Virus record (IMG/VR): IMGVR_UViG_3300033997_000243
Span: 186,001 to 250,000 of that record
Length of the DNA: 64,000 bases
Strand: one strand, 5' to 3'
Each line of letters opens with the position of its first letter. Within the stretch, counting starts at the first letter, position 1. The position numbers were made by a program, and so were the translations under genes. Of the stretch, positions 19,101-29,900 are shown one piece after another. Under the pieces are notes generated by a model. That model saw only the letters and a program-made list of their open reading frames with translations, made no database searches and was not told where the DNA came from.

Positions 19101-20782
19101 TTTATTCTTACGGTTTAAGTGTTCAATATGCTGATAATGGTGTTGAGTATTTAGTAAGTAATGATTGGGAAGTTGAATTGTATTCCGATGAAACTTTTGA
19201 CCAACGGCGTGAATTGATTCGCACCATTGTATTGCGTGACGGTGACGGAATACTTCCAATGGATAACGATGGAAGTGGCCGTAAAAAAGATGTTGATGAA
19301 CTAACTGCGGAAGAACTGTTAGAGGTTTTACCAACAAGCAGCGTTGTTGACATCGATCAAAATGGTTACTTGTATCCACGTTTAAATGAAAATGCGCGTA
19401 TTGTAGTTACAGCCGTTTATAATGATGGACAACAGCAATTCAGAGAAAATCTTCCAGTTTACATTCGCAAACAAAATACTAGATTGCAGAAAATAGAGGT
19501 AGCTTTAGTTGGGCCAACTGGATCAATAACATTTGACTTTAAAGACAAATTGTTAGATGAACCAAACGCTTGGTCAAACTTGAGTTTGGATGGAGTTGTT
19601 TATTATCAATTCCGTGCTTATTTAACGCGATTTGGAGATCCTGCTCAATACGAATTGGTTGAAAATCTTTTCTGGAAAGCTGAACCTGTAGGCAGTGGCG
19701 TAAGCTTTGACGAGCAAAGCGGCCGACTTTATATTCTTCAACAAACTAACGACAGTGATGTAACAATTGTTGCTTCTTATGAAGAAGAATTTAGAGAAAG
19801 CGAAACAAGTTCAACAGTATTTTTGGAGAGTATAAAGTCATATTCTCTTGTAAAAATAACTGCGACCAAAGCGCTAGATGTTATTGATATTCTTGGTAGT
19901 ACGTTTACAACAAGTGATACAACTTTTTATCCATCTTACCAAGTTTCTCGCCGTGACGGATCTTTGGCAAGTGTTGATGTTGTTTCCTTATCAATAGTTG
20001 AAGCACCTTTAGATATTTCCATAAGTATTGACGGTAAGGGAATAGTAATTCCAAAACGATCAACGGATATAATCATTAAGATTCGTGCTACAGCTGTTGA
20101 AGGTTTACGTACAATCTACAAGGATTTTACGGTAACTATTTTGGCAAGCTTTGTTCCGTTAGAACTACACATAAACAGTAATCCAGCTGGTATTCGTGAT
20201 AATGGAGAATTTTACCTAAAAGCATTTTTAGAAATGCGTGATGGATCTACTTATGATGCAACAACAGATTCTTACTGGCTGTTGGAAACAAAATTGGCAG
20301 GTCTTGAATTAGGTAATAGAACTGGCTTATTGAAAGTTCCTTATGTTGATAAAGACACTGAAATAACCTTTAAAGTTGTGTACACTAGAAACGAGATCGT
20401 GTTTGAAAAAACTCACACAATGATCATTCAATCTAGTTATCCAATTTACTGGGAAGATCCAGTGGCTGCAATCAACGCAACTTATTTCCAGAATGTCATT
20501 GGAAGTGACGAATTCAAAAGATTATTAAGTACAACAGGCGGAAGATTCACTTCATATCCAGCTGCTGCTGAGTATCTTTACTTTGCACATCCGAAAAGTT
20601 TTGGTTTAGCTACGTTCGCCATTATTCCAAGTACAACTGGAGCAATCAATTGGGGCAACATGCAGACACCTGTAGAAGTAACGCGCACCTATATTAATGG
20701 TGTGACTGAACCTTGGTTGATTTATCGTACAGTCAATCGCGGTTTTACTTTAGGTGAATTCAGTGTGGTATATGGGCAGTAA
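16127..20782 (+). CDS. large baseplate wedge protein (gp7-like N-terminus) with tandem Ig-like repeats
   Basis: follows the gp6-like gene; repeated L.I.GP..V.E strands; 1551 aa. Confidence 0.7.
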   Translation: MKRLNDLMVGILKENPLMESSHRIIDEYFVRNVTKFTEQLESIRTITQETPQEIVDDSIRQIGFDIPSWIMRTNGENIRRCFYHLTQVYQINGTPNYPKFLEFLLDRGMRVVNLYTQDYVEFFPQPLGRLVSEGGSWFLTTHVDLAVMANGILGHYPLELNEQDIAWIKTNLNYEAAEQWQKDDIDFDIDRMVSAGTVYGVNDALYAYMVLDKRIIDLFYQFAPIEEVVRGIYMTITAQANLYITGSLIEEQIDFIELNGPYPTQSVLELNSMLSAGQEYPVYGRVVWSNGMQTPETAVITWADHGYTITEENKIIFDEVEAQLRKDVIVEYKILGVVETTRITLYQGDVELVPSSLVIKGPNVVAENNTVAFNIIGDFRGPQGDAKFREIYDVENVKLTTNSSDVIIEGFDLTVKRIFEDKNIVVQAEYETSEGTKLYQTFPLVLRALPKPIIPIGVEFAFTQVIYNSEGIIVNETPHIGDLLQNNYYRIKTTLIYSDNSLVPTDMEVNCSSLAIVVEADRTFFASVVNSDYENIFSVKYTEGEEVVTASVSKLVVFPKIVLNSLEIVGPDVLMEGKTENYSVLAHWSNGQVSSVPEAQLVSREALLGSEFLYPVTIDRGSVTAPVLGMTARSQLTASVQRYTDGHWVEVTKLLTIKNNDRIASSIATIMADQVTEGNRIAINFYVTWTDDKVTQVMPTAVRLIKQENGVIHSEAVRVDPDVDTEIVETGFGPLRIKMHPTQTFIETETGLECRSLMIEYEESDTSLNGLFSMEFDYDDPYSANLISANRLFTTAEKFVGSESVTIHVPDEMAEGSRHFAKAVVRFENGLDKEVEANWSVEDIEGETDDVGADVSVNTYTLQKIVYSLIALDETTLMDMSLSNQDLTAFQIRNLINGDSIFAEMSNQPIPGQTWPQKLLILFAQYPEPLARCLIQTRFIAEDELFVLRCGFFAKQDARTIKIINRPVEPDTPILSWYITGPVEIEANLYNFYSYGLSVQYADNGVEYLVSNDWEVELYSDETFDQRRELIRTIVLRDGDGILPMDNDGSGRKKDVDELTAEELLEVLPTSSVVDIDQNGYLYPRLNENARIVVTAVYNDGQQQFRENLPVYIRKQNTRLQKIEVALVGPTGSITFDFKDKLLDEPNAWSNLSLDGVVYYQFRAYLTRFGDPAQYELVENLFWKAEPVGSGVSFDEQSGRLYILQQTNDSDVTIVASYEEEFRESETSSTVFLESIKSYSLVKITATKALDVIDILGSTFTTSDTTFYPSYQVSRRDGSLASVDVVSLSIVEAPLDISISIDGKGIVIPKRSTDIIIKIRATAVEGLRTIYKDFTVTILASFVPLELHINSNPAGIRDNGEFYLKAFLEMRDGSTYDATTDSYWLLETKLAGLELGNRTGLLKVPYVDKDTEITFKVVYTRNEIVFEKTHTMIIQSSYPIYWEDPVAAINATYFQNVIGSDEFKRLLSTTGGRFTSYPAAAEYLYFAHPKSFGLATFAIIPSTTGAINWGNMQTPVEVTRTYINGVTEPWLIYRTVNRGFTLGEFSVVYGQ

Positions 20783-20794
20783 TACTGCCCTTTT
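20774..20794 (+). terminator. intrinsic terminator
   Basis: GGGCAGT-AAT-ACTGCCC followed by TTTT. Confidence 0.7.
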
Positions 20795-20834
20795 ACATAA
20801 TTTATAAGCATGTGGTTTTACGGGAAATATAAAA

Positions 20835-23189
20835 ATGATTCCAGATCGTTTGATTTTAACACCAGAAGGCGAAGCAGCACTGTTATCCGCAAGTGAGGGT
20901 GGCGTGTTTATTCGCCCTTCTTCGTTTGTTGTAGGAAATTTTTCAGGAACTGAGCCTGAAACAGTTTCAAGCGTTGTACTAGGTGATGTTATTTATTCTG
21001 GCCAACTTTTCTATGTAGAAGTGTTGAATGGCAATACTGCACGTTTCACAATAGAATTACCTGTACTTCCAAACACTGTTAGCATTACAGAAGCCATTGT
21101 TTATTTGGATGATAATGTTCCGCTTGGCCGTGTACGTACAACAGTTCCATATGAAAAAGCTGCGGGGCGCAAAATGCGTTTAAGCTTTATGCTGCATTTG
21201 GATCAAGATCTTGCAAGTGTAATCGATGTTACTTTAAGTACATTCGGATCAGTTCCTGCTTGTGTTGGTGTTGATTTTCTTCCACCAGCTGGAACAGCAA
21301 TAACAAATGCTGTTTTAGTTTTAGATCTGCAAAGCAATGCTGATGGTGAATATTCTCCTGAATTAGCATATCGCTATGGTGCAGGTGGAAATGTTTGGGG
21401 CTTTAGCGGCTATTCAAGATTACACAGCGGAAACGTAACTCCGGTTGATGGCGCAAACTTTTCTGCGGATAGTGTTGTAGAAGATTTTGAATTAGAAAAC
21501 GATGACGAAGTTATTTGTAGCATTAGTGCTGGTAAAGGTGCTGGCGAAACTCGTCGTTTCAAAATTGTAGCTGGAGCATTTGCAGCAACTAATATTGGAT
21601 TTTCTGATATTGATTCTGGAAGTGTCATTCACATCTGGAAACAAATTGTAGGTGCTGGAAGTTCTGGTAGTGGTTTACCAGATCGTAATGGTGTTGGGCC
21701 AGATTGGGTTTTAGCTGCTGGTGAACAAAATGCACAACCTCGCTGGATTCCTCAAAGCGTAGGTAAATCAAGAACTCGTGGTAATATTTATAATCCTCCG
21801 GGAAAATTAAAGATTACACAAATTACCTTGACTCCAACACAAGCGCAAAGAACATTTTTGCTTTACAACGAAGATCCTTTAACAACTGCTGATCCAGAAA
21901 GTTGGATTCATCGTTATAGCTATAGAAAAAATAACAACTATAGCATGATAAGTTTGTCTGGTGCTAATCAACAACGTACCGCATATACATTGGCAAACAA
22001 CAGACTTGAGTTCACTGAAGATGTCCCAGTCGAAGTTACAATCGACGCTCGTTTATTTGAGTTAGAGCCAAGTACAGGATCTCGAATTGATATTCGTAGT
22101 CGTGAACATACTGGTGATGGAATTACACGCGAATTCGATTTACCAGCTATTCCAGAAGATCCAACAAAAGTATTAACTTTCTTTGAACGTACTTTAACTA
22201 ATCCAGCATCATACACAATTGATCTGGTTCGAGGTAAAATTGTTTTCCTTGAAGCAATTGGTATTGGATTACGCTTTGAAGTAAATGTGATAATTCACGA
22301 AGCAGTTGAAAACTTCGCTACGCTAATGCACTCACATTTGGTTACTGTTAGAGATCGTGCTAATGTTTTCGTTCTTCCATTTACACCAAGCAGCAAAGAA
22401 AATGTATTCATTAACGTGAGCGGTTTACACGTTTATAAATCAGAATACGTTTTGGTTGGAAACAAAGTTGTTATGAACAACGATGTTGATCTTGATGTTC
22501 CAATAGAATTCATGATCTTTGAAAACGTAAGATCTGAAGGCACTCCTGATACTGCTTTACGTGGAATGGTTGTTGATGCCATGCTAAGTGGTAACTCAAT
22601 TGAAATGGTACGAAGCGGTGCTGACAGTTTACGCATAGAATTGCCTGAAATAAAATTGTTGAGTGGCAAGAACTGCAAAATCGCCGGACAATTTCCAGAG
22701 TTTGAAGTAAGTTTTGATGCTGGCTCTGAAGTCGGTGGCGGTTACACAGCAATATCGCTTAGTGAATCTGGTGACTCAATTGGTGAGCTGACGTTAACAC
22801 ATCGAATCGATGTTAAAAAAGATTTGTTGGTTAATATCAATGCACATTTTGAAGCGCAGTTGGGTCCTGGTTTTAAATCAAGTTCTGGTACAGAAGAAAT
22901 GCAATTTGCATTAGGTTTCAAAACTTTATCAACAAAAGAACCTGAATTTGGCAGAAACTTAAAGGGTACAGGAACAGCCGGTTTTGCGGTAAGTGCTCCA
23001 GATTCAACCGGAAAAATGGCAATGGCGAATGGTTCAGTAGGTGATGCCGTTACTTTAATTGCTGCGAATAATCCACAAGGTTACGTGGAGATAATTGCAA
23101 AAGTTAAAATAATAGGTGCGGAACTTAGTTCGTATGAATCAAAAATTCGTATATCATTGAATGGTATTGTTGTGCCTATTATTAATTAA
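20835..23189 (+). CDS. baseplate-anchored tail fibre / fibre base protein
   Basis: N-terminal LT..G..AL typical of fibre anchors; GDG.TREFDLP-type repeats. Confidence 0.65.
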   Translation: MIPDRLILTPEGEAALLSASEGGVFIRPSSFVVGNFSGTEPETVSSVVLGDVIYSGQLFYVEVLNGNTARFTIELPVLPNTVSITEAIVYLDDNVPLGRVRTTVPYEKAAGRKMRLSFMLHLDQDLASVIDVTLSTFGSVPACVGVDFLPPAGTAITNAVLVLDLQSNADGEYSPELAYRYGAGGNVWGFSGYSRLHSGNVTPVDGANFSADSVVEDFELENDDEVICSISAGKGAGETRRFKIVAGAFAATNIGFSDIDSGSVIHIWKQIVGAGSSGSGLPDRNGVGPDWVLAAGEQNAQPRWIPQSVGKSRTRGNIYNPPGKLKITQITLTPTQAQRTFLLYNEDPLTTADPESWIHRYSYRKNNNYSMISLSGANQQRTAYTLANNRLEFTEDVPVEVTIDARLFELEPSTGSRIDIRSREHTGDGITREFDLPAIPEDPTKVLTFFERTLTNPASYTIDLVRGKIVFLEAIGIGLRFEVNVIIHEAVENFATLMHSHLVTVRDRANVFVLPFTPSSKENVFINVSGLHVYKSEYVLVGNKVVMNNDVDLDVPIEFMIFENVRSEGTPDTALRGMVVDAMLSGNSIEMVRSGADSLRIELPEIKLLSGKNCKIAGQFPEFEVSFDAGSEVGGGYTAISLSESGDSIGELTLTHRIDVKKDLLVNINAHFEAQLGPGFKSSSGTEEMQFALGFKTLSTKEPEFGRNLKGTGTAGFAVSAPDSTGKMAMANGSVGDAVTLIAANNPQGYVEIIAKVKIIGAELSSYESKIRISLNGIVVPIIN

Positions 23190-23201
23190 GGTCGGTGCGG
23201 T

Positions 23202-24725
23202 ATGGATGATATTACAATTCGTATTGAAGCATTTGAAAACAGATCTGATCTTGATGGAGCAAGAGCAAAAACTTCAGAATTCGGATCAGATGTTGCTTTC
23301 GTACAAGTAGAAGAACCAGATCCGCTTAATATAAAATTTGCGTACAATGCCCAATCAGGTGTTTTATCTTTAATCCGTGGGCCTGATGATATTATTCAGG
23401 CCACTGGTTTTCTTACGCAAAAAAGTTTGGGAACTGGAAGAAGAGGAAAGAAAGGAAAAAGAGGCAAAGACGGTCGTGATGGGAAAACTGGTTACGATGG
23501 TCGTGATGGAAAATCTGGATGTCCTGGAATTCAAGGTGTAAAAGGAAAGAAAGGACTTCCAGGTCGTGATGCTGATGATGGCCCAATTGGGCCAATAGGT
23601 AAAGCTGGTTGTGGTGGTGCTGAAGGTGAAGAAGGTGAAAGAGGAAATAAAGGAATAATCGGCAATGAAGGATCTCAAGGTTTAATGGGATCTAGTTGCA
23701 AGCAAGGGCCGGATGGCCCTGACGGTGAAAAACCTTTGGAAACAGTTTTATTTTCTGACGTTCCACCAGTAGATAATCTGCTTGCTTTTATTTGGGCAAA
23801 ACCTGTCAACAGAGATCAAGTAGATCCAACAGATCCATTGCCGCCAATAGATACTCCGTCACCTTTAAATGGAAGAGTAGATAGTTTATCAATGAATGTT
23901 CCTCCGGTCGGTGCTGGTTGGTATCAAGCAATTCTTTATTTTAAAGTGAATTCTTTAAGTGGTGGAGTTGGGCCTTTTAACTATAAATGGTCTGGTGATT
24001 TTTCGACAAACGCAAATCTTTCAGTAGTTGATACTGGAATGACATCTGCAAACTTGAATTTGAAGTGTAGAATTTATATTGCTGGAACAGAAACCAGAAA
24101 AATTACTGGTGGAATTCGTTGTACAGTAACAGACGTAGGTAACGGCAACAATCCACTACTGTTAGATGCCACTTACACATTCAACATTGTTGCGACGGCT
24201 TCTGGAGGCGGTGACAGTGGAGGCGGTGGTGGAGGCTGTATCGTTTTTGGTCAACGTGTTAATTTAGTAAATGGTGAGCAAATTCAAGTTCAATCTATTT
24301 TACACGGTGACAGTTTAATCGGCGCAAGCATAGAAAGTTTGCCGGACAGCTCTAATGGAAACTCTAAATTTTTAGATTGGTTCACTTCTGATCTTAAATC
24401 GAAAAATACAACTGTCACGGCTATGTCTGTTAAACACGGAACTTACCATAGTTACTACAAAATAAATAATGTTTTGAAAATAACTTTGGAAGAGAACATG
24501 CTTTGCTTGCGCGGAGGCTATTGGTCTTTTAGACGAGTTAAAGATCTTCGTGTTGGAGACTATTTATATCATCGAACAGAAGGTGCTAAAGAAATTCTCA
24601 GCATTGAACAAATAAGTGAACAAGTTAAGACAGTATCTTTAGATGTTGAGACATCAGACACTTACTATGTTGAAGATTATTTAGTTCACAATCTGGATGT
24701 CGGTGGGCCTGTGATTAAGAAATAG
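23202..24725 (+). CDS. collagen-like tail fibre protein with a C-terminal Hint domain
   Basis: about 33 Gly-X-Y triplets, a beta domain, poly-Gly linker, then CIVFG...LVHN. Confidence 0.8.
   Translation: MDDITIRIEAFENRSDLDGARAKTSEFGSDVAFVQVEEPDPLNIKFAYNAQSGVLSLIRGPDDIIQATGFLTQKSLGTGRRGKKGKRGKDGRDGKTGYDGRDGKSGCPGIQGVKGKKGLPGRDADDGPIGPIGKAGCGGAEGEEGERGNKGIIGNEGSQGLMGSSCKQGPDGPDGEKPLETVLFSDVPPVDNLLAFIWAKPVNRDQVDPTDPLPPIDTPSPLNGRVDSLSMNVPPVGAGWYQAILYFKVNSLSGGVGPFNYKWSGDFSTNANLSVVDTGMTSANLNLKCRIYIAGTETRKITGGIRCTVTDVGNGNNPLLLDATYTFNIVATASGGGDSGGGGGGCIVFGQRVNLVNGEQIQVQSILHGDSLIGASIESLPDSSNGNSKFLDWFTSDLKSKNTTVTAMSVKHGTYHSYYKINNVLKITLEENMLCLRGGYWSFRRVKDLRVGDYLYHRTEGAKEILSIEQISEQVKTVSLDVETSDTYYVEDYLVHNLDVGGPVIKK
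24237..24692 (+). other. Hint (intein-like) domain 1
   Basis: block A C-I-V-F-G; block F/G VSLDVE...YYV..YLVHN; residue after HN is Leu; block B His replaced (TLEE). Confidence 0.85.
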
Positions 24726-24736
24726 GTAGGTATTTT

Positions 24737-25381
24737 ATGTTGACGAAAGTTCCAACTAAATTAATTTCAGCGCCTCAAGGAACAAACGGTCAAAGTCTTG
24801 TTGTTCAGGATAAAAGAATAACAGCTCAATCTACTGCAACTCAAACAGTTTCACCTATAGAAGATTGGTTTTATGATGCAAGCGTTGGTGTTCTCACAAT
24901 TCGTTTGTTGAATGGAACAACTCAAACTTTAGGTGGATTTCCAATATTATCTGATATTCCTGAAGGCCCACAAGGAGCACAAGGAGAACCAGGAATTGAT
25001 GGAAAAGATGGTCGTGATGGTCGTGATGGTCGTGATGGCGAAGCTGGTTGTGTAGGTGCAGCTGGTGAAAAAGGTGATGACGGTGATGATGGCCGTGACG
25101 GATTAGAAGGGCCAGTTGGCCCACCAGGTATTCAAGGATGTGAAGGCCCAAGAGGAAAACGTGGGCCAAAAGGTGAAGATGGAGATCAAGGCCCACCTGG
25201 AAAACAAGGTCTTCCAGGAATTGAAGGGCCACCTGGAAAAATGGGAAAACAAGGGCCACCTGGAAGAATAAATATTATTGTAAGTGAAACTGATCCAGGT
25301 CCAAGTTTAGGTAATGGTGGAATTTGGGTTAATCCTTTAATTGGTCAGATAGATGATGATACTGATCAATTTTTTACGTAA
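24737..25381 (+). CDS. collagen-like fibre protein
   Basis: about 33 Gly-X-Y triplets; (GGTCGTGAT)3 DNA repeat; C-terminal DPG...G.IWV. Confidence 0.85.
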   Translation: MLTKVPTKLISAPQGTNGQSLVVQDKRITAQSTATQTVSPIEDWFYDASVGVLTIRLLNGTTQTLGGFPILSDIPEGPQGAQGEPGIDGKDGRDGRDGRDGEAGCVGAAGEKGDDGDDGRDGLEGPVGPPGIQGCEGPRGKRGPKGEDGDQGPPGKQGLPGIEGPPGKMGKQGPPGRINIIVSETDPGPSLGNGGIWVNPLIGQIDDDTDQFFT

Positions 25382-25393
25382 GGAATTTTTAGC

Positions 25394-25888
25394 ATGAGTG
25401 GTTTAACAAAATTAAACTTATCTATGGTAAGTCCACCACTTCAAAATGGCGGAGTTATTGCGTCAGGCCAAAGTCTCACTGTAGATCCAAAAACAATAGA
25501 TCTTTCTGAATTTAGTGGCTACTATGATCGTACACAAGGAATACTAACTTTAAATATTCCTACGATTGGAAAAATTAATATTGGAAATTTTCCAACATCT
25601 GCGGATATTGGTACAGGACGCACAGGGCCAAGTGGTCGGGATGGTGTAGCAGGTGTTGATGGTTTAATCGGTGAAACTGGTCAAAAAGGTTTGCAAGGTT
25701 GTCGTGGGCCAGAAGGCCCACAAGGTCGTCAAGGTGAACGTGGGCCGCGAGGTCTAACTGGGCCGCAAGGTGAACAAGGTATTCAAGGTATTCAAGGCAA
25801 TGACGGTCGTGATGGACGAGTTTTAATTTTTGTTCAAAGTGAAGATCCCGGAAGCGTTGGGGCTGGTGCGCTCTGGGTACGGCCCTAG
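25394..25888 (+). CDS. collagen-like fibre protein
   Basis: about 22 Gly-X-Y triplets; paralogous N- and C-terminal caps. Confidence 0.85.
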   Translation: MSGLTKLNLSMVSPPLQNGGVIASGQSLTVDPKTIDLSEFSGYYDRTQGILTLNIPTIGKINIGNFPTSADIGTGRTGPSGRDGVAGVDGLIGETGQKGLQGCRGPEGPQGRQGERGPRGLTGPQGEQGIQGIQGNDGRDGRVLIFVQSEDPGSVGAGALWVRP

Positions 25889-25945
25889 TAGGTTTGGTTC
25901 TCTCTGGATTATTTAGATCCGAATTTAATTTAAGGAAAATTTAAG

Positions 25946-26410
25946 ATGAAACAACGCAAATTATTTCTACAATCTAGATCGTCTGAATCAGTTGAAAATT
26001 TCATTCAGACAGTAAATTCTCTGGCTCTTAATATGCGTAAAGAACTAAAGAAATTATTTCCAAAATTTATTACGGATGTTCGGGTAAGAAATGACGAGTT
26101 AGGTCGATACATTCTGATTGATTTTATAAATGTAGATCCAAGCGAAGCAACAACTCGTAATAAAGAGGAAGCCAGCGCTAGATTCAGATTTATAGTAAGC
26201 TTTGCTGATTTTATGAATAATCCAAATTCAGTTAAAGGTTTTGAAGTAGAGCCTTTAATGGGTGTGAAAATTAAACATACCAAACATGGATTAGATTATA
26301 AACATATCTCAGATAAAGATATGGGTCGAACACTAGACTTACTGTTAAGCTGGTTTAAATCTCAACGCAACGCCCTGAACAAACTGACACCGAAAGATAA
26401 GGATTTATGA
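25946..26410 (+). CDS. hypothetical protein, paralogue of 26407..26889
   Basis: LFPKF, IDFIN and WFKSQ..AL..L shared with the neighbour. Confidence 0.7.
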   Translation: MKQRKLFLQSRSSESVENFIQTVNSLALNMRKELKKLFPKFITDVRVRNDELGRYILIDFINVDPSEATTRNKEEASARFRFIVSFADFMNNPNSVKGFEVEPLMGVKIKHTKHGLDYKHISDKDMGRTLDLLLSWFKSQRNALNKLTPKDKDL

Positions 26411-26889
26411 TGAAACTTTTCTCGCTATGTATGGATTCACAAACACTGACAAGTTTATCCTTGGATGCAGCTGAAGCCAAATTGAATGCTGAAAATGCTT
26501 TGGAAGAATTCAAGAGCAAAATGAAAATTCTTTTTCCAAATTTTATGCTCAGCGCTAAAATCAAAAACATAATGTCTGGTGAATCACTTGTAATTGATTT
26601 CGCAAATATCTCTGACAAAGATCAGGCTCCACATGGAATTCTTCACAATGTTAGCGGCTTCTTCACAATCATAATGGATGTGAATTACAGCGGTAAAATG
26701 TCGAAACCTATAGAAACATTTCAGATGGAAATGATTCGTGGTGGTGTAAGTCGTAGAGTTCAAAGTTACGGTGTTAAACAATTCAGAAAAATTTCTGGTA
26801 ATTCACCTAGCGAATGTTTATCAAAATTGTTTAAATGGTTTGAGAAAAACGCTGAAGCATTACGCAGTTTGCCTGTTAGCGTTTATTAA
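26407..26889 (+). CDS. hypothetical protein, paralogue of 25946..26410
   Basis: LFPNF, IDFAN and WFEKN..AL..L. Confidence 0.7.
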   Translation: MMKLFSLCMDSQTLTSLSLDAAEAKLNAENALEEFKSKMKILFPNFMLSAKIKNIMSGESLVIDFANISDKDQAPHGILHNVSGFFTIIMDVNYSGKMSKPIETFQMEMIRGGVSRRVQSYGVKQFRKISGNSPSECLSKLFKWFEKNAEALRSLPVSVY

Positions 26890-26909
26890 GTTGTTTAGGG
26901 GAAATAAAA

Positions 26910-29900
26910 ATGGCTCGATTACGCATAAGATCAATTTATAACAACAAATGGCTTGATGTTTGTAATCATCCAGTGTCTTTTAGATCTCCAGACAACAGAT
27001 CTTGGATTCCATTTGACATTAAGCGTATGAGTGTGCGTGACGGTGGCAATTTAAACTGGTTAGAAATTGATTGTAAACCCGATCCACTTTTTGATGAACC
27101 GTGTGCGTTCAAACAAATTGGTAGTGTCAATTGTCCAACTGGAATTGACACTATGGAGTTGGGAAGTGGTGATGGAACTGGAAGTGATGGATTACCTTTT
27201 GATCTTATAACAGGTTATCCAGCGGGTTATGATATGCCAGATGCTGGTGACACAGGTTTTATGTTAGAACGTGCGATAGGAAGTCCTCGCGGTTTTGCAC
27301 TTAAAAGACCTGCATTAAACTATGCTCTTGAATATTACGATCCAGAAGGTGTTACAAGTAATCTAGGTCGTGGCAATTATGCGAACCCAAACTATTTGTG
27401 GGCAACTACTTTTAGTGGTGGCGCTCAAATCACTGAAACAATTTATGATCTTGGTCAAGTTGCTGGATGGTACGAAGTAATATTTGCTTCATACGACGAT
27501 GTAGGTATTAGTGTTGACGTTTATTATTTAGGTCAACGTATCGCAACAACGTGTGGTCGTATTAAAGATCGTTACAAAATTGAATTCTTTTTTGATGCAC
27601 TTGCTGGCGAAGGTGAAAGTCGTGTAATGATACGTGTTCGCGGTCAAGAAAGTACACGTTGGACATACATGGTAACTGGGCCAAAACAAATGCTCAGTGT
27701 TTATGGTTTAGATTTAGAAGATCCACTGCATCAGGTTTTAATCAGAACAGATGAATACAGTGGAACTCCTTTATTTCCTGCACCGTGCCACGCAACAGTT
27801 TTTCCTCGTGACTACAAAACAAATGATGGCAAATGGTTTTACGAATTTCACCACTATGTAGGTGAAAATGCAGATCCAAACGAACTTGCCTTAATGGTTA
27901 TTGATTACACAAGTTGGATGAACCTTGATAAATTTGAAGTTTATCACGGAGGCTTGCGTATCGGTAGCACAATGGATCCAAAAAGTTTGTTGGGAATGAT
28001 TCAATTTTTGTGGGAACCAAATCGTTTTAGTATTCCCGTTCCAGATTTAATGATTCGTGTGAGTGCTGATGTTCGTCAATACGGCGAAGATATTATGAGT
28101 TGGTACTACACATTATTCTGTCAAAACACTCCTGGATACAGAGAAAATCCTTGGGACTGTGAAACTCCTGTTGCTGGTTTAAGTAGCATGGGTCACGGTA
28201 GCACCGAAGATAACTATGACATGGATAACGGTGTTGAGAACGGAGTAGTCAGTATTAAAGCAACAGGTTACGGAGATTTTACTTATACTGTAACCGTCTT
28301 TGACATTGACGGAAAATTAGTTGCGTATACTGAAGGTAAGAGAACTACATTTACTCAATTTTTTATAAAGGCGGCTGAACATGGTGATACTCGTAAACGC
28401 ATTGCTGTACGTATTGATGCACCAATCGGAAGTTCTTGGACTTACTTTGTAGGATGTCCAGTAGAATTACTTGATATTGAATTAGATGATAAAACAATTC
28501 CAGTTTGTAATGATGAATTTGAGATCACTGTTAATGATGTGCAGTGTGTAAAAAGTGATTTTGCTACATTTACAGTTACTTCGAGCTTACCGGTTCCAAA
28601 TGATGTTCATGTAAGTGTTTCGACGCAAGACGGAACTGCGAAAAGTTCTGGCGGTGCAGGATCTGATTATGCTGGATTACCAGACATTTATGGTATTTTT
28701 CAGGATAATGATTCACCCACAGAAACCTCAAACTTCGATAGTAAGACACTGCGTTTTGGTGTACAGAATTGGCCGAATGCTAGTGTTGTATTTGATAATG
28801 GTTGGGGAAATTTGGCAAACCCTGAGCATAAAAATGCTGCGTCTACAAATGATCCTTCTCATATAATGGGAAGAAACACCAACTACTGGCAAAACTTGGA
28901 AACAAGTTCATTCGCTAATCTTTCGCCTGATGCAAAATTAGTTGTGAATGCTTGGAAACATCGTTTAGGAAATTTGAATGGCAAAAGTTGGATTATCTTA
29001 ACGGATAGTGCAGATCCTGCTGGTGATTTTTCTGAAATATGTTCCAACTTTATTCAAAGCATGATAAACATTTATGGCATGAATGTTCATGTTGTGCGTG
29101 ATGATTATACAACTCAAAATTTTACACCATATGATATTATTACGATTGCGAATAGTAGACGTTGGGGTGAAGTTGGTCAATTCAGTGCGGCTGGTGTGCA
29201 TTATATGGCGCGGGTACTTCAAGGATATAAAAGTCCTGTTGGTATTGCCATTGCAGATCAAGTTAAACAAAATCGAGTGCTTCATTGTTATTTTAGAGCG
29301 ACAAACCAACGTCTTGCCCAAAACATTTTAATTCGTGATGTAATGAATTGTTTTGTTGGTGTAAAGTTTTACTGGAACGAGCAGCTGACAAAAAATCCGA
29401 CTAATGCTGATGTTACGCTTGGTCGTCATCTTGCTCAATATCCTGATACTCCATTGTTGACAGGTATTTCTGAAGCAAAAGCTGATTCAGATTTTACTGT
29501 ATTGGATGTTCTTTATATTCCAGCACCGACAACAGTTGATCCTGATTACGTTGCGAAATCTGAAATAGTTACTATACCAACTGGGGCAACTTCAGCTCAA
29601 GTTAAGGTAACAACTTTAGATCCAAAAGCAAGCCCTATTGGGAAAAATTTCTATTTGAACTTAACTGGAACTGACAGCGGAACAATTGTAGATGCTCAAG
29701 GTATTGCAACTTTTGCTAACTCCAATACTTCACCACAACCAGTAGGTGATTTGAACTTCTCACCCTCTTATTTTACTTCACACAGTAAAAATACTTGGGA
29801 TAACTCCGGTGTTAGAGTTTATGGAAGTGCGGTTGCGTTTGCAATAGATTATTCCGGCTTTCCTACCCAAACAAATCCAGGTGGCGTAGAACAGCCTGGA

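Noticed and set aside
13925-23189. Bacterial T6SS or extracellular contractile injection system
   Set aside because: The surrounding thyA, rnhA, exonuclease, lysis and anti-defence genes and the operon density indicate a lytic phage genome.
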